A stretch of 64,000 nucleotides of DNA, from the IMG/VR virus record IMGVR_UViG_3300028797_000006, positions 1-64,000 of that record. The stretch is one strand, 5' to 3'. Below are positions 36,004 to 47,394 of this stretch, one piece after another (the first letter of the stretch is position 1; each line of letters begins with the position of its first letter). The notes beneath the pieces are model-generated. The model was not told the DNA's origin and did no database searches. It saw only the letters and a list, made by a program, of their open reading frames with translations. This DNA comes from a virus. Its lineage: Duplodnaviria; Caudoviricetes. Both the position numbers and the translations under genes were made by a program.

Positions 36004-36603
36004 TTAGAATAGGCTTGTTTCACTATTCCAATGGTCTGGATTAATCAATGGGTCTAATGTAAAGAACACATTCTTTAGCATCATAACATCAACTAAAGCA
36101 TCATGAGCTCCTTCTGTATTAAAGCCCATCTTTTCAGCAACCAGGGTTAATTTCCATTTGCGGCCTAATTCATCGAGTCCGAATAACCCCTTTTTCTTTG
36201 CGGTGAACACCAACTCCTTTGCATCAAAGCCAGGAAACTTATCCTTATCAAAGTAATCAAAAGGTATTTTTAATTCTTTAACGCGGCATTGAAGCATTGG
36301 TCTATCAAAAGCCTCTCCATTATAGGTAAGAACTACATCAACTTCGTTTTGTTTCATCCATTCACAGAAGTCAGTCAATACTTCACTTTCTCTGCGGCAA
36401 TTTACTAAGTCCTTTGCATAAATACCATTTACTTTACTAGCCTCAGGATCGATCTTATGGGTTGTTTTAATGCGTTCATTAAAAGAGTCAATAATATTTC
36501 CTTTGTTATCGCAAATCAAGGCGGCGATTTGAATTGGAGCCGCACTGTTCCAATATACACTTGTTGTTTCCGTATCTAAAACTGCTATTCTATTGTATTT
36601 CAT
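36004..36603 (-). CDS. DEDDh 3'-5' exonuclease (DnaQ/epsilon-like)
   Basis: LDTETT, YNGEAFD, HDALVDV. Confidence 0.88.
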   Translation of the reverse strand: MKYNRIAVLDTETTSVYWNSAAPIQIAALICDNKGNIIDSFNERIKTTHKIDPEASKVNGIYAKDLVNCRRESEVLTDFCEWMKQNEVDVVLTYNGEAFDRPMLQCRVKELKIPFDYFDKDKFPGFDAKELVFTAKKKGLFGLDELGRKWKLTLVAEKMGFNTEGAHDALVDVMMLKNVFFTLDPLINPDHWNSETSLF

Positions 36604-36604
36604 A

Positions 36605-37747
36605 TTATAATCCTATTTTAAACGCATCCTTTCATATCATTCATGGTATATTATTGATTGAGATGGACTTATCTCCCCACTGTGTAAGCAGGAATTCGCT
36701 GTCTTCTCATGTTTGTCTTAATAAATCTCTAAAGGTTTCCTTCCATTCTTGAGGTCTTGACCAGAACATTACATCGCGGTCGAATTGCAGTCCGCGTCCG
36801 TATTTCTTCGTGATGTATTCAAGCCAACTTAACCTGAAGTCTTCTTTTGTCCAATCTGCAAGAGTTTCAAATAAGAAGAAGTAAGGAGTATCAAGACGAC
36901 TTTGAATCATCTTAATCTCTACTGCAACTTTTCTTCTCTTGGCATCTACAATTATTTGTTTAAGTCGAGTAAAGTCCAATTGGGCGTTCTCTCGTTCTAT
37001 CCAATGGTCCGGGGCGTAAAAACGCACTCTCAGAGGTCCAAGGGCAATATGCGGTTTTCGAAGCTTTATTTCTTCAACGACCTCCGCGGCCGCATCATAA
37101 TCTTCCATATTTATTTCTAGCCACTGTAGATTACAGCCAGGAGTTAGATTAAGGTTCATAAACTTTTCAAAGATATTTTGATCAACTACTAGTTTTTGAA
37201 TCCAGATTGGTTCAAAAAAGGTAACATTTTTTACTTCTTGAAGTTTATCTAATACCTTTTTGATAACCTTATTTGAAGAAGTCCATAGATTTCTATCTGT
37301 CACAATAGCTCTCTTGTTTGAGAATGCATTGGTCCAATCTTGAACCAGCGGCAACATATTGCCATGATCGTCTAATAATCTTATTTGTTCGGCTCGCTCT
37401 AGTTTGGTATTCTTTTCTGGATAGAGTAGATAATCTGGTCGGCAAGCCATCATGGCAGGACTCATGCGCCAATTTATTCTCATTCGGAACGCATCTCCCC
37501 ACCATTTAACTTTAGGATTAGTGAAGAATTCGATTGGCGGGTTCTTCGTCTTTTTATTTTCCTTAACTATATAGTAAATATCATAAGGACGATAGATATC
37601 ATCTTCCTTCAAAACGAAGTTAACCGCGTCTCCATTTTGTTTATGAAAACTGGATATCTTCATAACGTCAGGATTAAAACAATTCACCTTTTCTTTTGAA
37701 TAGTAATAGTCTAAATCCCAAATTGTTACTCTCGTATGTCCTCGCAT
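36605..37747 (-). CDS. hypothetical protein (code 4; 380 aa)
   Basis: Track ORF extended through 3 TGA to TAA at 36605, abutting the next ATG. Confidence 0.7.
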
Positions 37748-37938
37748 TCTACTATCTCCATTTCTTCTTTATAATAATACTCTGGATGGGCTTGACAGAA
37801 AGCTTTAGCGACAAGTTCAGAGCCTACGATGCAGATTAATTTACTAATATCAGGCCAAACGACATTTTGCCATATGGTATAATAATAAACTACTCTCGCA
37901 AGATCGTCATGGTGATATTTATATAGTGGTCTAGGCAT
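37726..37938 (-). CDS. hypothetical protein
   Basis: MPRPLY... start overlapping the upstream stop. Confidence 0.6.
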   Translation of the reverse strand: MPRPLYKYHHDDLARVVYYYTIWQNVVWPDISKLICIVGSELVAKAFCQAHPEYYYKEEMEIVECEDIRE

Positions 37939-38116
37939 CCATTTTCTCCTCCACTCGAACAATAGCATTGTTTAATAATTTTACAAATTCTTCAAAATTA
38001 GTAGAACCTTCTGCACAAACTTTAACTAATTGAAGCACCTGTCGAACTGTTGCTAAAGTCTCTTTTCTTTCAAGATCGGCTCTTTCCTTATGATATTCTT
38101 TCCATGGTTTAGGCAT
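37931..38116 (-). CDS. hypothetical protein
   Basis: 61 aa, coupled start/stop. Confidence 0.6.
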   Translation of the reverse strand: MPKPWKEYHKERADLERKETLATVRQVLQLVKVCAEGSTNFEEFVKLLNNAIVRVEEKMDA

Positions 38117-38318
38117 CTTTCTTATCCTCCAAATTCTCTACGTCAATATTAAAATGTTTCTTGTAGTTTTTAATTTGTCTTTTGGTGAACTTAACACGAG
38201 AAAGCATTATATGCAAATCGCCAATATGAGCAACTGCAGTATATTTCTTAACGAAATCACCTATGCTTTTAACCTTTGATTTTTTAACAGTACTATCTAA
38301 CGTTTTATTTTTAGGCAT
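38109..38318 (-). CDS. hypothetical basic protein
   Basis: MPKNK... start overlapping the dnaE stop, GGAGG RBS. Confidence 0.6.
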   Translation of the reverse strand: MPKNKTLDSTVKKSKVKSIGDFVKKYTAVAHIGDLHIMLSRVKFTKRQIKNYKKHFNIDVENLEDKKDA

Positions 38319-41300
38319 CTTTTTTCTCCTCCAATTCAACAAAGTCACCTTCTTCATCCAAAATAATTCTTAAGATAGATTTTCTGCCAGTATTTTTGTA
38401 TACCTTCGGTACAAAGGTCATTCCTCTTTGAATACCTGTGACCAATAAATGGACACCTTTTTCAAAGAAACTATCTTGTTCAATATCCTTTTCTCCTTCC
38501 TCATCAATATCACCTGCAACTGCTATCATTGTCGCGAATAAATCTTTATAAACCTTTAAGTTTACAACACCATCTGGACATTGTAAGGTTACAAGACCTT
38601 TCGTTCTATCTCTATCGATGACTGTGCCCGCGATTGTATACAACTTCATTTTTGGGATTTCTTTTCCCTTAATTAAGAAGTTACCATCTTGCGCACCTTC
38701 AATGATACTATCGACTCTATTGACCGCATATGGCAATTGTTTGATGACCTTTCTCAATGGATGATCTGTATAGTAGAAGTTAATACTATCTAATTCCCAT
38801 TGAAGTTTATCACCTGAACAATACTTTTCCCACTCATCGTGGAACAATCTTTCATTTAATGTCTTTAATAATTCATCATGATTGTCTGTGATATATTTTT
38901 TAATTTTATTCATTTGTCCTTCATAGAAAACATCCCAACGTTTACTACTAAGGACTTTTCTTGGCTCACCTTCAATAACAATTTCTTCTCCGATGATACC
39001 TGAATCTCTAAAGATTTGTCTCCAAGAATCAACTTTATTTGTAGGAATCGCTAATCTGTCCGCGCAATACCAAATCTTGTTAGGATCCCTATTTCTTCTT
39101 AATTCTTTTGTGAGTTTATACAAATCACTTTGATACTCGAACTCATCTGGTAACAAATGTAAATCAATTAACATATTTGCATTTTGCATTGTTAATTTCT
39201 TCTTCATATCACAGATGCTTGCAATATAGTTCTGCAAAATCATTTTTGTTGTCTTTGCTTCTAACTTATTGAACGCACCGCATTTAATTAAATTAATCAC
39301 TTTATCTTTTGTGATAATTCTCTTTTGAACTTTATTTAAGAAATCATCTAATGATGTGAATGGTCTATTAATCATAATTTCATTGATGACTGGTTCTGTG
39401 ATACGTGTGATACCTTTTAATCCATATAAAATACTATTATCTTTTACATCAGGAGTGAATGAAAGTCTTGATGTATTGATATCCGGCATTTCAATCTTAC
39501 AAACCGTTCTAAACTTATCTAATGCGGTCGCAAGTTTCGCATAATCAATTTTATTTTGTGCTTTCTTTTCTTCGCCTGCGTCACCATCGACAATATCGTT
39601 TTCAATTAAGTTATAAAAGTCAGATGCATTAATCGCGCTACTATCAACTGACAAACACGCGCAGTTCCAATAAATAATCGGATACTTATATGCTAAATTC
39701 ATCTCTTGAAGTGCGATAAGCGCATAACCAGTTGTGTGAAGTTCACTAAATGAATAACCTAACTGCGCACTAATTTGCACATACCAAATATAGCTCAATA
39801 AATTATTTGATGCACCTAAAGCTCTGCCCTTTTCAAAGAACATATCTTTAACTGCTTCAATTTCTCTAAATTGTTTCTTTGCGATTGTCTTTCTTAATTT
39901 ATTGGCTTCTTTCATATCGAATCCACTAATCTGCGGATCCATAACCATTTGCATAACCACTTCTTGAGACTCGCCAACACCATTTTTCTTTAACAAATAC
40001 TTCTCTAATAATAACATTTCTGCCTTATTGAGACCATGTGCGCGCATCTCATCATACCACAACTGTGGAACTCTTTTAAAACGAGCATATTTTTCAAGTG
40101 GAAGCTCACCCTCACCCATTAATCTCATTAACGATGAGCTAATCGCTAATTCGTTCAAGCTACGAGGTTGAATACTTTTAATTGCTTGAGAACCAACTAA
40201 TGTATCGAACTGGAACAAACTACTAATTTCTCCACGTCCGACCATATCCCACATTTCTTCAGATGTATAATCTAAGACTTGCGGCGACAAATATTTATTA
40301 TATGTTGCACGAAGTGAACCTTGCCACTCCATTGTGCCATCTTCCAACATATAGTTCATACATTGTCTAATTCTATCTAATGCGGATACAGTTAAAAAGT
40401 CATATTTAACCATACCACATCTTTCTAATGTATGAAGGTCATACGAAGTAACTAACTGTTCGTGTGATGTCTTCATAACACTATTATAATCATTAAAATC
40501 ACCATTGACACAAACGACACCTGATGCGTGAACACCAAGTCTTGTGATAAGACCTTCAATATTTTGTGCTAACTTCCAAAGTTTTGGATGTTCTTTCATT
40601 TGATCGACAAATGCTTTGATTGGCTTCTTATCGTCGCCATTACCATAATAACATTCGCTTAAAGTCCAGTCAAAACCTCTTTCGTTAGGAATCATTGAAG
40701 TTATATATGTGATTGTATCATCATCAATCTTCAATCCACGACCCGCTGTCTTAAGTGCGCTCTTTGTTCCTTCCGTACCAAATGTACAGACATTAATAAC
40801 GTCACCACCGATACTATTAAAATAATCACGAACTGCCTTAAAAACCGCGAGACGTTTATCTGACTCTGTATCAAAATCGATATCAGGAAGGTCAGGACGA
40901 GATGGATGTAAGAAACGCCAAACAAATGGCAAATCCATTTGAACAGGATTCATTTGCGTGATACCCAAAAGATAATTTATTAATAATGCACCCGCAGATC
41001 CACGACTTGGACCGCTAATTGAGTTAGCTTCATTCCAAACTAAATCCATAATTTTGTTCATTGTGATAAAGTAGTCGGCCATTGGCTGTTCAATTTTGTC
41101 ACCGACTTCTTTCAATGTCCAAAATTCTTCCTCTAATCTTTTATAATAAACTTCGTCTGTCCAACCTTGTTGATACTTTTCAACATATCCGTGCGCGACC
41201 AAACGAGCCAAATAATTATCGCTCTTATTATCTGTATGAAGATAATGATAAAAGTTAGGATAAGTTTCTTCATCAACATCAGCAAAGACTTCTAAGTCAT

Positions 41301-42330
41301 CCGCATACTCATCCCAATGTTCATATTCTACGTGCGCAAGTTTTGGCTTTTGCTCAAGCTCATAAAATCTGCACATATCTTTAATTTTATTTGTGTTTGC
41401 TACCATTTCTTCAAATTTATCATCTGAAACATATGGCATTAAATCGCGAACCTCTTGTTGTCTCATAACATATGCATACTTATAAAATTCATCAACTTCT
41501 CTATCTTTTGATGACTTTGAGTTCAAGAATGCTTTATGCGTTTCACGTTCATCAACATTCAAATAGTGCGCGTCAGTAGTGAAGATAAAAGGATATTTAC
41601 CCCAATATCTTTCTATCATAAATTCATTATATGCATTTTGATCGCTTCCAATTTCATTTGGTTGAAGTTCAATATAAAAGTTACCTTTACCAAATAAATT
41701 TTGCATCGCGGTTAAATGATTATCTAACTTCTCTTGGAAGTTAATGCCCATTTCCCATGGCAATCTGTCAGTTGGATTACTTAACTTCTTCCAACACCAT
41801 GCAGCATAACCACCAAGACATGCGGTTGAACATACTAAATGTCCACCTTTTACATATTCAATTAAGTCACTTGGATAAGTTGGGGTTCTTAAAATACCTC
41901 TGAACCATGCCCTTCTCCAAGCACTACTACTTAATTGTTTTAATTGATGAAATCCTTCCGCATCTTTCGCAATAAGAATTAAATGCCAAAAATGCACTGG
42001 ATGATTGCCATCCATCTGCATTTCATCTAATCCTTCTTCACTTAAATAAATCTCGTTACCAAGCATTACTTTGAAGTCCAAAGCAATTGATGCAGTTTCA
42101 TATCCTGGAAATTCAACTGGATACTTTAATTCCCACAATTCTTTTAATTTCTTTTTATATATATCTAATGCTTGAAGAGTTCCGCTGAGACAATCATGTT
42201 CTGTCATTGCTACACCACTTAATCCGATTTCCCAAGCATAATCAACAGTTCGTTCAAAACGATTGATACTATCAATAATTTTAATGTTGGAATATTCAGA
42301 GTGACAATGTAGTGTGCAATAATTTCTCAT
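38311..42330 (-). CDS. dnaE: DNA polymerase III alpha subunit (family C)
   Basis: PHP domain HCHSEYS/TDAHY, SRGSAG, PDIDFD, HASGV, KYDFL, GYSFSELH. Confidence 0.95.
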   Translation of the reverse strand: MRNYCTLHCHSEYSNIKIIDSINRFERTVDYAWEIGLSGVAMTEHDCLSGTLQALDIYKKKLKELWELKYPVEFPGYETASIALDFKVMLGNEIYLSEEGLDEMQMDGNHPVHFWHLILIAKDAEGFHQLKQLSSSAWRRAWFRGILRTPTYPSDLIEYVKGGHLVCSTACLGGYAAWCWKKLSNPTDRLPWEMGINFQEKLDNHLTAMQNLFGKGNFYIELQPNEIGSDQNAYNEFMIERYWGKYPFIFTTDAHYLNVDERETHKAFLNSKSSKDREVDEFYKYAYVMRQQEVRDLMPYVSDDKFEEMVANTNKIKDMCRFYELEQKPKLAHVEYEHWDEYADDLEVFADVDEETYPNFYHYLHTDNKSDNYLARLVAHGYVEKYQQGWTDEVYYKRLEEEFWTLKEVGDKIEQPMADYFITMNKIMDLVWNEANSISGPSRGSAGALLINYLLGITQMNPVQMDLPFVWRFLHPSRPDLPDIDFDTESDKRLAVFKAVRDYFNSIGGDVINVCTFGTEGTKSALKTAGRGLKIDDDTITYITSMIPNERGFDWTLSECYYGNGDDKKPIKAFVDQMKEHPKLWKLAQNIEGLITRLGVHASGVVCVNGDFNDYNSVMKTSHEQLVTSYDLHTLERCGMVKYDFLTVSALDRIRQCMNYMLEDGTMEWQGSLRATYNKYLSPQVLDYTSEEMWDMVGRGEISSLFQFDTLVGSQAIKSIQPRSLNELAISSSLMRLMGEGELPLEKYARFKRVPQLWYDEMRAHGLNKAEMLLLEKYLLKKNGVGESQEVVMQMVMDPQISGFDMKEANKLRKTIAKKQFREIEAVKDMFFEKGRALGASNNLLSYIWYVQISAQLGYSFSELHTTGYALIALQEMNLAYKYPIIYWNCACLSVDSSAINASDFYNLIENDIVDGDAGEEKKAQNKIDYAKLATALDKFRTVCKIEMPDINTSRLSFTPDVKDNSILYGLKGITRITEPVINEIMINRPFTSLDDFLNKVQKRIITKDKVINLIKCGAFNKLEAKTTKMILQNYIASICDMKKKLTMQNANMLIDLHLLPDEFEYQSDLYKLTKELRRNRDPNKIWYCADRLAIPTNKVDSWRQIFRDSGIIGEEIVIEGEPRKVLSSKRWDVFYEGQMNKIKKYITDNHDELLKTLNERLFHDEWEKYCSGDKLQWELDSINFYYTDHPLRKVIKQLPYAVNRVDSIIEGAQDGNFLIKGKEIPKMKLYTIAGTVIDRDRTKGLVTLQCPDGVVNLKVYKDLFATMIAVAGDIDEEGEKDIEQDSFFEKGVHLLVTGIQRGMTFVPKVYKNTGRKSILRIILDEEGDFVELEEKKDA

Positions 42331-42385
42331 AGATTCTCCTAATTAATTTATTATACTAAATCTTTTTCTATTGTGCAAGTTATTT

Positions 42386-42655
42386 TTATGCATCAAACTT
42401 TTTAGGTTCTTCAGGCGCTTCATCTGGATCTTTGCCAAAAAGCGCTTGTAATCTTTCGACAGATTTTTGAGCTATTTCTTGTAGTTCATTATAGATGTCA
42501 TCTGCATTATCATAGAAGTCTTTAATTAACTCTATTGATTGTTCAGGAGTTAATTCAAGATAAAGTTTATCTAAAGATGTGAAGAATAACATCATTTCTA
42601 CTGTATTGCCTTCAAAATCTAGTCCATGTTTCTTTAAAAATTCTTCCATTTTCAT
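42386..42655 (-). CDS. hypothetical protein
   Basis: 89-aa ORF in operon. Confidence 0.65.
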   Translation of the reverse strand: MKMEEFLKKHGLDFEGNTVEMMLFFTSLDKLYLELTPEQSIELIKDFYDNADDIYNELQEIAQKSVERLQALFGKDPDEAPEEPKKFDA

Positions 42656-42657
42656 AA

Positions 42658-42909
42658 TTATTTACTCTTTCTTCTGAAGTCGTTAGTATTAATTGTTTCA
42701 ATTTTAGAATCACCTACAGTAGTTGTACTCCAAGTAATATATGGTTGATTTGGTGACCATGGTTGATATGGTGACCATGGTTGCCAACAAAGTGGACATT
42801 TTTGATTTGTAAGTTCGCAAACTCCGCATGGTAAACGATGTTTGCAAGTATTTTCATAAAAAGTGTAATTGCTACCAGTACACGTTGTAGTAAAATCTTT
42901 TTTACTCAT
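42658..42909 (-). CDS. hypothetical Cys-rich protein
   Basis: CKHRLPCGVC...CP; short QPWSP tandem repeat. Confidence 0.65.
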   Translation of the reverse strand: MSKKDFTTTCTGSNYTFYENTCKHRLPCGVCELTNQKCPLCWQPWSPYQPWSPNQPYITWSTTTVGDSKIETINTNDFRRKSK

Positions 42910-42919
42910 ATTTTTTCTC

Positions 42920-44731
42920 CTAAATTAAATCAAATAAAGTTTTTGTTTGAGGAATGGCTTCACGCTCTTCAATTTCAATGTCATCAATCATAACTTGAAT
43001 ATTAAAGTTTCCATTCCATTCATTGAGTTGCGGACGACCGACGATGTGCGCGGTTCCCGCAGGCATACCCAATAATCTTTGGGCAAGATTAGCTTTTTTA
43101 AAAGCAACGAAGTCAATACCATTACATTTAATTTTAATTGAGCTTTTGTCTTTACCCATAATAAGAACATCTGTCTTATTGAAATCTATTGTAAATGCAA
43201 ACTTAGGTTGCGGCAATGAATTGCCCCATAAGTCATCATAAGATGCCATTTGATAAAGCATTTCATCATCTATGTCCCAATTATTTTTGAAGATATAATC
43301 AACCTCGTATACATTTTCAAAGGTTTCTGGATTTAAAGTTTTATTCGCTACTTCTCTAACCTTTTCGACTTCTTCGGCAGTTAAGAACGCACCAAATGCA
43401 TTAGCATGTCCTTCACCATAAGTAATTCCGACCTTATGTAAGAAAGTTTTAAGGTCACTTAATCCAAAGAAGTTTCCATTACGTCCGCTACCACCATAAA
43501 GTTGATGTCCTCCTTCAAAAGTTGTTTTTCTTAAAACAAGAGCAGGTCTATTGAACTCTTTAACAAGTTCCATGGCGATTAAACCTGTTAATGTTGGCGT
43601 AACTTTTTTACTTTCTGCATCATCTAATGTAACAATAATAATATTATCTTTATCATGCCCTTCTTGTTTAATTTTCCCGCAAAGCCATTCAAATGCTTTT
43701 TTCTTACTAGCATCTTGTCTTCCTTTTGCGTTCGCGGCTAAACGTGCAGCGCATTGATAAAGTGTTTCATGATACTCAACTCCACGCCAAGTGCGGACAA
43801 AATCTTCAGTATTACCTTCTTCGCTCATCGCGCGGAATACCATTATCTTATCTTCTGGTTCGCCACTTCTAATAACACCATTAATGATAGGTGCGATATA
43901 GAAAGCGACATCTATTTTAGTTAAACAATTAGGATTTTTAATTCCATGAGCTTGTTTAATTGCGACTTCCTTAATAAATTGATTGCGGATACCTTTAAGT
44001 CCATGGAAAGCCAAGAAGTTGTTACCAAGAGTAGTCATATTCATTGCATCGGCGATAATTCCGATTGCGGCTAAATCTCTATAATCCTTGTAAATTGCCT
44101 CTGATGGGAAATAAAGTTCATCCATCATTTTGATGAACATATAAACGATTCCTGCACCACTCATACTTTTATTTGAGAAATAAGGGCTAAATTGATTATT
44201 AACAATAATAGCGCCAGTATTCTCTTCTGTTTCGATATCGTGATGATCAAGAATAATAACAGTTTTACCTTGACTGACTAATGCTCTTTGTTCTTCAATA
44301 TTGTTTGATCCGGCGTCAGGAACAAAGATTAATGTTCTATCTTCTGGGATATCTTCTAAAACAATACCATGTTCTTTGCCTGGATGAAGAGCATATTTTA
44401 TATCAGTAGAAGGGAATCTTCTTCTTAAGTAGTTAATTAAAATTGAACTTGATGTATAACCATCTGTATCACTATCGACTACTACGAAGACTTTTGCTCC
44501 ATGAATTAACTCGGACCAGGCGGTTTCACAAGCTGTTTTCATATTGAGAAGGTCTTCTGGATGATCTTCATCTTCATCTCTTGGTCTCTCAATAAAACTA
44601 GGGATATCCCTTTCTTTAATGCCGAGACTTAAAAGATACTGCGCAATATAGCTAATATTTTTGCCATGGTAGATATTCGCAGATGATGTATTTTTAACTA
44701 AATGATTTACTTTTAATTCTATTCTATTCAT
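42920..44731 (-). CDS. recJ: RecJ-like DHH ssDNA exonuclease
   Basis: DSDTDG, ILDHH, SGAG, GSGR, GHANAFG. Confidence 0.9.
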   Translation of the reverse strand: MNRIELKVNHLVKNTSSANIYHGKNISYIAQYLLSLGIKERDIPSFIERPRDEDEDHPEDLLNMKTACETAWSELIHGAKVFVVVDSDTDGYTSSSILINYLRRRFPSTDIKYALHPGKEHGIVLEDIPEDRTLIFVPDAGSNNIEEQRALVSQGKTVIILDHHDIETEENTGAIIVNNQFSPYFSNKSMSGAGIVYMFIKMMDELYFPSEAIYKDYRDLAAIGIIADAMNMTTLGNNFLAFHGLKGIRNQFIKEVAIKQAHGIKNPNCLTKIDVAFYIAPIINGVIRSGEPEDKIMVFRAMSEEGNTEDFVRTWRGVEYHETLYQCAARLAANAKGRQDASKKKAFEWLCGKIKQEGHDKDNIIIVTLDDAESKKVTPTLTGLIAMELVKEFNRPALVLRKTTFEGGHQLYGGSGRNGNFFGLSDLKTFLHKVGITYGEGHANAFGAFLTAEEVEKVREVANKTLNPETFENVYEVDYIFKNNWDIDDEMLYQMASYDDLWGNSLPQPKFAFTIDFNKTDVLIMGKDKSSIKIKCNGIDFVAFKKANLAQRLLGMPAGTAHIVGRPQLNEWNGNFNIQVMIDDIEIEEREAIPQTKTLFDLI

Positions 44732-45802
44732 TTATACAATTCTCCTGTTCTTTAAAATGTGCTCAAATATGTCTTTACCTCCATCGATCGGGCTACTCTT
44801 ATATGGCAACTCGAAGTCATAATCCATAAGTATGCTTACATTAAAGTAAGGAGATAATATTTTCGCTTTTTCAATATATTTTGCTTCAACTTCTGCTAAT
44901 TGTTTGTAGTCCTCATAATCACTATCATATGCGAGAATGACATGAGATACTTTCATCTTTAACAGATACTGGATGTGGTCTTTTGTAATATTTTGCCCCA
45001 ATGTTGCGAGTGATATATTATTTTGGTTTCCATATATCGACCCATACTTAAGACAAGATTTTTCTCCTTCAAATATAATCGCCATCTTTTTTCTTTCAAT
45101 ATTTTTGCGGTTCTCATAGATACCATAGAATGTGCGACCAGTTGGGTGATTATATAATGTCCCTTGGTCATACAAAGGTCTATACTTACCTTTTTTAGTA
45201 TCTTCTGGTCTAAAATATCTCTCTCTGATACCAATTAAATCGCCATTAAAATTGAAGTTAGGGATAACGATTGCCTGACGGAATGAATCCCATCTAATAT
45301 TGAACTTTTGTAACGCTTCAATACTAATGCCTTCTTCAATCCAAGGCATTAAGCCCATATAATCAAAACTAAACCTCTTAAGAATAGCCTTATCATATGT
45401 CTTAAACTCCGCATTAATGTCTCCGATATATACATTATTTAACGTTTGCATATATCTAATATCATCTAAAGCATTGAGTGCTCTATTCTCGACATTAATT
45501 GAGGATGGATCCAAGTCACAAATTGAGACTGCTTGAAGTAAAGTAATCTCTTGTCCACGCAAATGATACATCTTCTGTAATAATGTGAAGATGTCGAATG
45601 TCGCGGCGCACTCTGTGTAACAATGGAATAATTTTGTATTTTTATAATAAATTAACTTTGGACTACCGCCTTCAAGATTATGACAGCAGGTAGGGAAAGT
45701 TATTGAATCTTCATTTTCTTCTACTGGTTCAACATTAAATTGCGCGAGAATGTCCTTTATCATTTCATCGGACAATTGATCTCTTAGTTCTTTAAAATCC
45801 AT
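44732..45802 (-). CDS. dnaG: DNA primase
   Basis: CCHN...CYTEC zinc finger; TOPRIM FEGEKS, AYDSD. Confidence 0.88.
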   Translation of the reverse strand: MDFKELRDQLSDEMIKDILAQFNVEPVEENEDSITFPTCCHNLEGGSPKLIYYKNTKLFHCYTECAATFDIFTLLQKMYHLRGQEITLLQAVSICDLDPSSINVENRALNALDDIRYMQTLNNVYIGDINAEFKTYDKAILKRFSFDYMGLMPWIEEGISIEALQKFNIRWDSFRQAIVIPNFNFNGDLIGIRERYFRPEDTKKGKYRPLYDQGTLYNHPTGRTFYGIYENRKNIERKKMAIIFEGEKSCLKYGSIYGNQNNISLATLGQNITKDHIQYLLKMKVSHVILAYDSDYEDYKQLAEVEAKYIEKAKILSPYFNVSILMDYDFELPYKSSPIDGGKDIFEHILKNRRIV

Positions 45803-47394
45803 TAGATTACCCCCTTAGTTTTCAAATCTAAGAAGTCAAATGGTCTTTGATCATATTGAAGTTGTCCGATCTCACTGACTGTCTTATAACTTGCATCTGT
45901 TACAAATAAATCTTGGCATCTACAAGTTGAGTAATCAAAGTATCTAAATACTTTAACGCCATTTAATTCTCCACGTCTATTTTTATAAATGTCTATAACA
46001 ATATTAGGTTCATGTGTATACTTTGACGGATTAGACTTTTGAAGTTCGGTCCAGAACGCTTCGATTTGTTTCTTCTCTTCTTCACAAACCTTGACACCAA
46101 TCATACCAATATCAATTTTATCTGCGATAGCTTTAGAACCACGGATACAGTTTTGATCTCTTAAACCTATTTCTTTTTTACTCCAACCATCATTTAATTG
46201 TGTCGCACTTTGAATGAATACATTATAATTCATTGCGACTTCTTTAATACTATTTGATAACATCATTAATGCGACGTCTTCACGGACTTGAACGTCTCTG
46301 AACTCGCTCAATAATCCTGGACTACTAAATATATAATCATAGAAGATATATTCTACATTATTTTGAACAATATATTTAGCTAAAATCGCCTTAATCATTG
46401 CAATACTTGGATCTGGAACTACCTCCAAAATCATATTCTTGCCATATTTATCAATGATATCTAATGCCCTTTGGATTCTCTCCAATTCATCTGGACTAAA
46501 ACTACCTAATAAGATATTCTTTTCATTAACCCCGCTGACATAAGCCAAAATCATTGTTTGGATTTCATCTGCCTTTTGCTCGGTTGTGATGTAAAGAACT
46601 TGTTGATAATCGTCCTCTTCTACTGTTCCTCTTAACACGACTTTACCATTTCTATCAATAAATGGCATACTAATCGCGCAAGCATTACCAACCATATAAC
46701 GAGTTTTACCTGCACCAGATGGTGCACTATATGTATATAATTTGCCGAGACGTGCACCTCTTGTCGCATAATTTATAATTTCTCCATCTAAAGGCAAACC
46801 AACTTCTGGATTCGCCTGAAGTTCCGCGACTAATTGTCTCATGCCTTGAGACGCAATTTGTGACGTACTATCTTCTTTGCCGATATGTCTGTTCTCAATT
46901 ACAACAAGATTTTCTCTAACCTTATTCACAATATCGGTTAAAGACATCTTATTTAACTTTTCATCTTCGGCATCCCTATTTAACGGATCTTTTTCGGTAT
47001 CATAAAATTCCTTGGTGTCATAACCAATTGCCTCAAGATCTCTTAACATAGAGAACTTTTTTAATCTATTATAATATGTCTGGAATTGTTTTTCATCTGT
47101 TCCCTCTGTGGACTGGTAACATTGAACTACAAATTCATATCCTTTTTCTTTTTTATAAAACTCATATTGACTTTCATATTGAGTTAAGTATAAATCTATA
47201 TCTTGCGGAGTTATACGCTCAACACCATTTTGAGCCATATTGAAGACCGCATAGAATACTAATTGTTGTAAAGGCTTATAGAAGTCTGTCTTTACAAATG
47301 CATACCTTTCATCTTGTAACAAAAGAGGTTTATGCATCAAACAACTCAAGACATATAACGACGTATTGTTGTCGAATAAGTCTTTCTTTATCAT
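45802..47394 (-). CDS. dnaB: replicative DnaB-like helicase
   Basis: APSGAGKT, ITTEQ, FYDYI, ATQLN, KNRRG. Confidence 0.9.
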   Translation of the reverse strand: MIKKDLFDNNTSLYVLSCLMHKPLLLQDERYAFVKTDFYKPLQQLVFYAVFNMAQNGVERITPQDIDLYLTQYESQYEFYKKEKGYEFVVQCYQSTEGTDEKQFQTYYNRLKKFSMLRDLEAIGYDTKEFYDTEKDPLNRDAEDEKLNKMSLTDIVNKVRENLVVIENRHIGKEDSTSQIASQGMRQLVAELQANPEVGLPLDGEIINYATRGARLGKLYTYSAPSGAGKTRYMVGNACAISMPFIDRNGKVVLRGTVEEDDYQQVLYITTEQKADEIQTMILAYVSGVNEKNILLGSFSPDELERIQRALDIIDKYGKNMILEVVPDPSIAMIKAILAKYIVQNNVEYIFYDYIFSSPGLLSEFRDVQVREDVALMMLSNSIKEVAMNYNVFIQSATQLNDGWSKKEIGLRDQNCIRGSKAIADKIDIGMIGVKVCEEEKKQIEAFWTELQKSNPSKYTHEPNIVIDIYKNRRGELNGVKVFRYFDYSTCRCQDLFVTDASYKTVSEIGQLQYDQRPFDFLDLKTKGVI

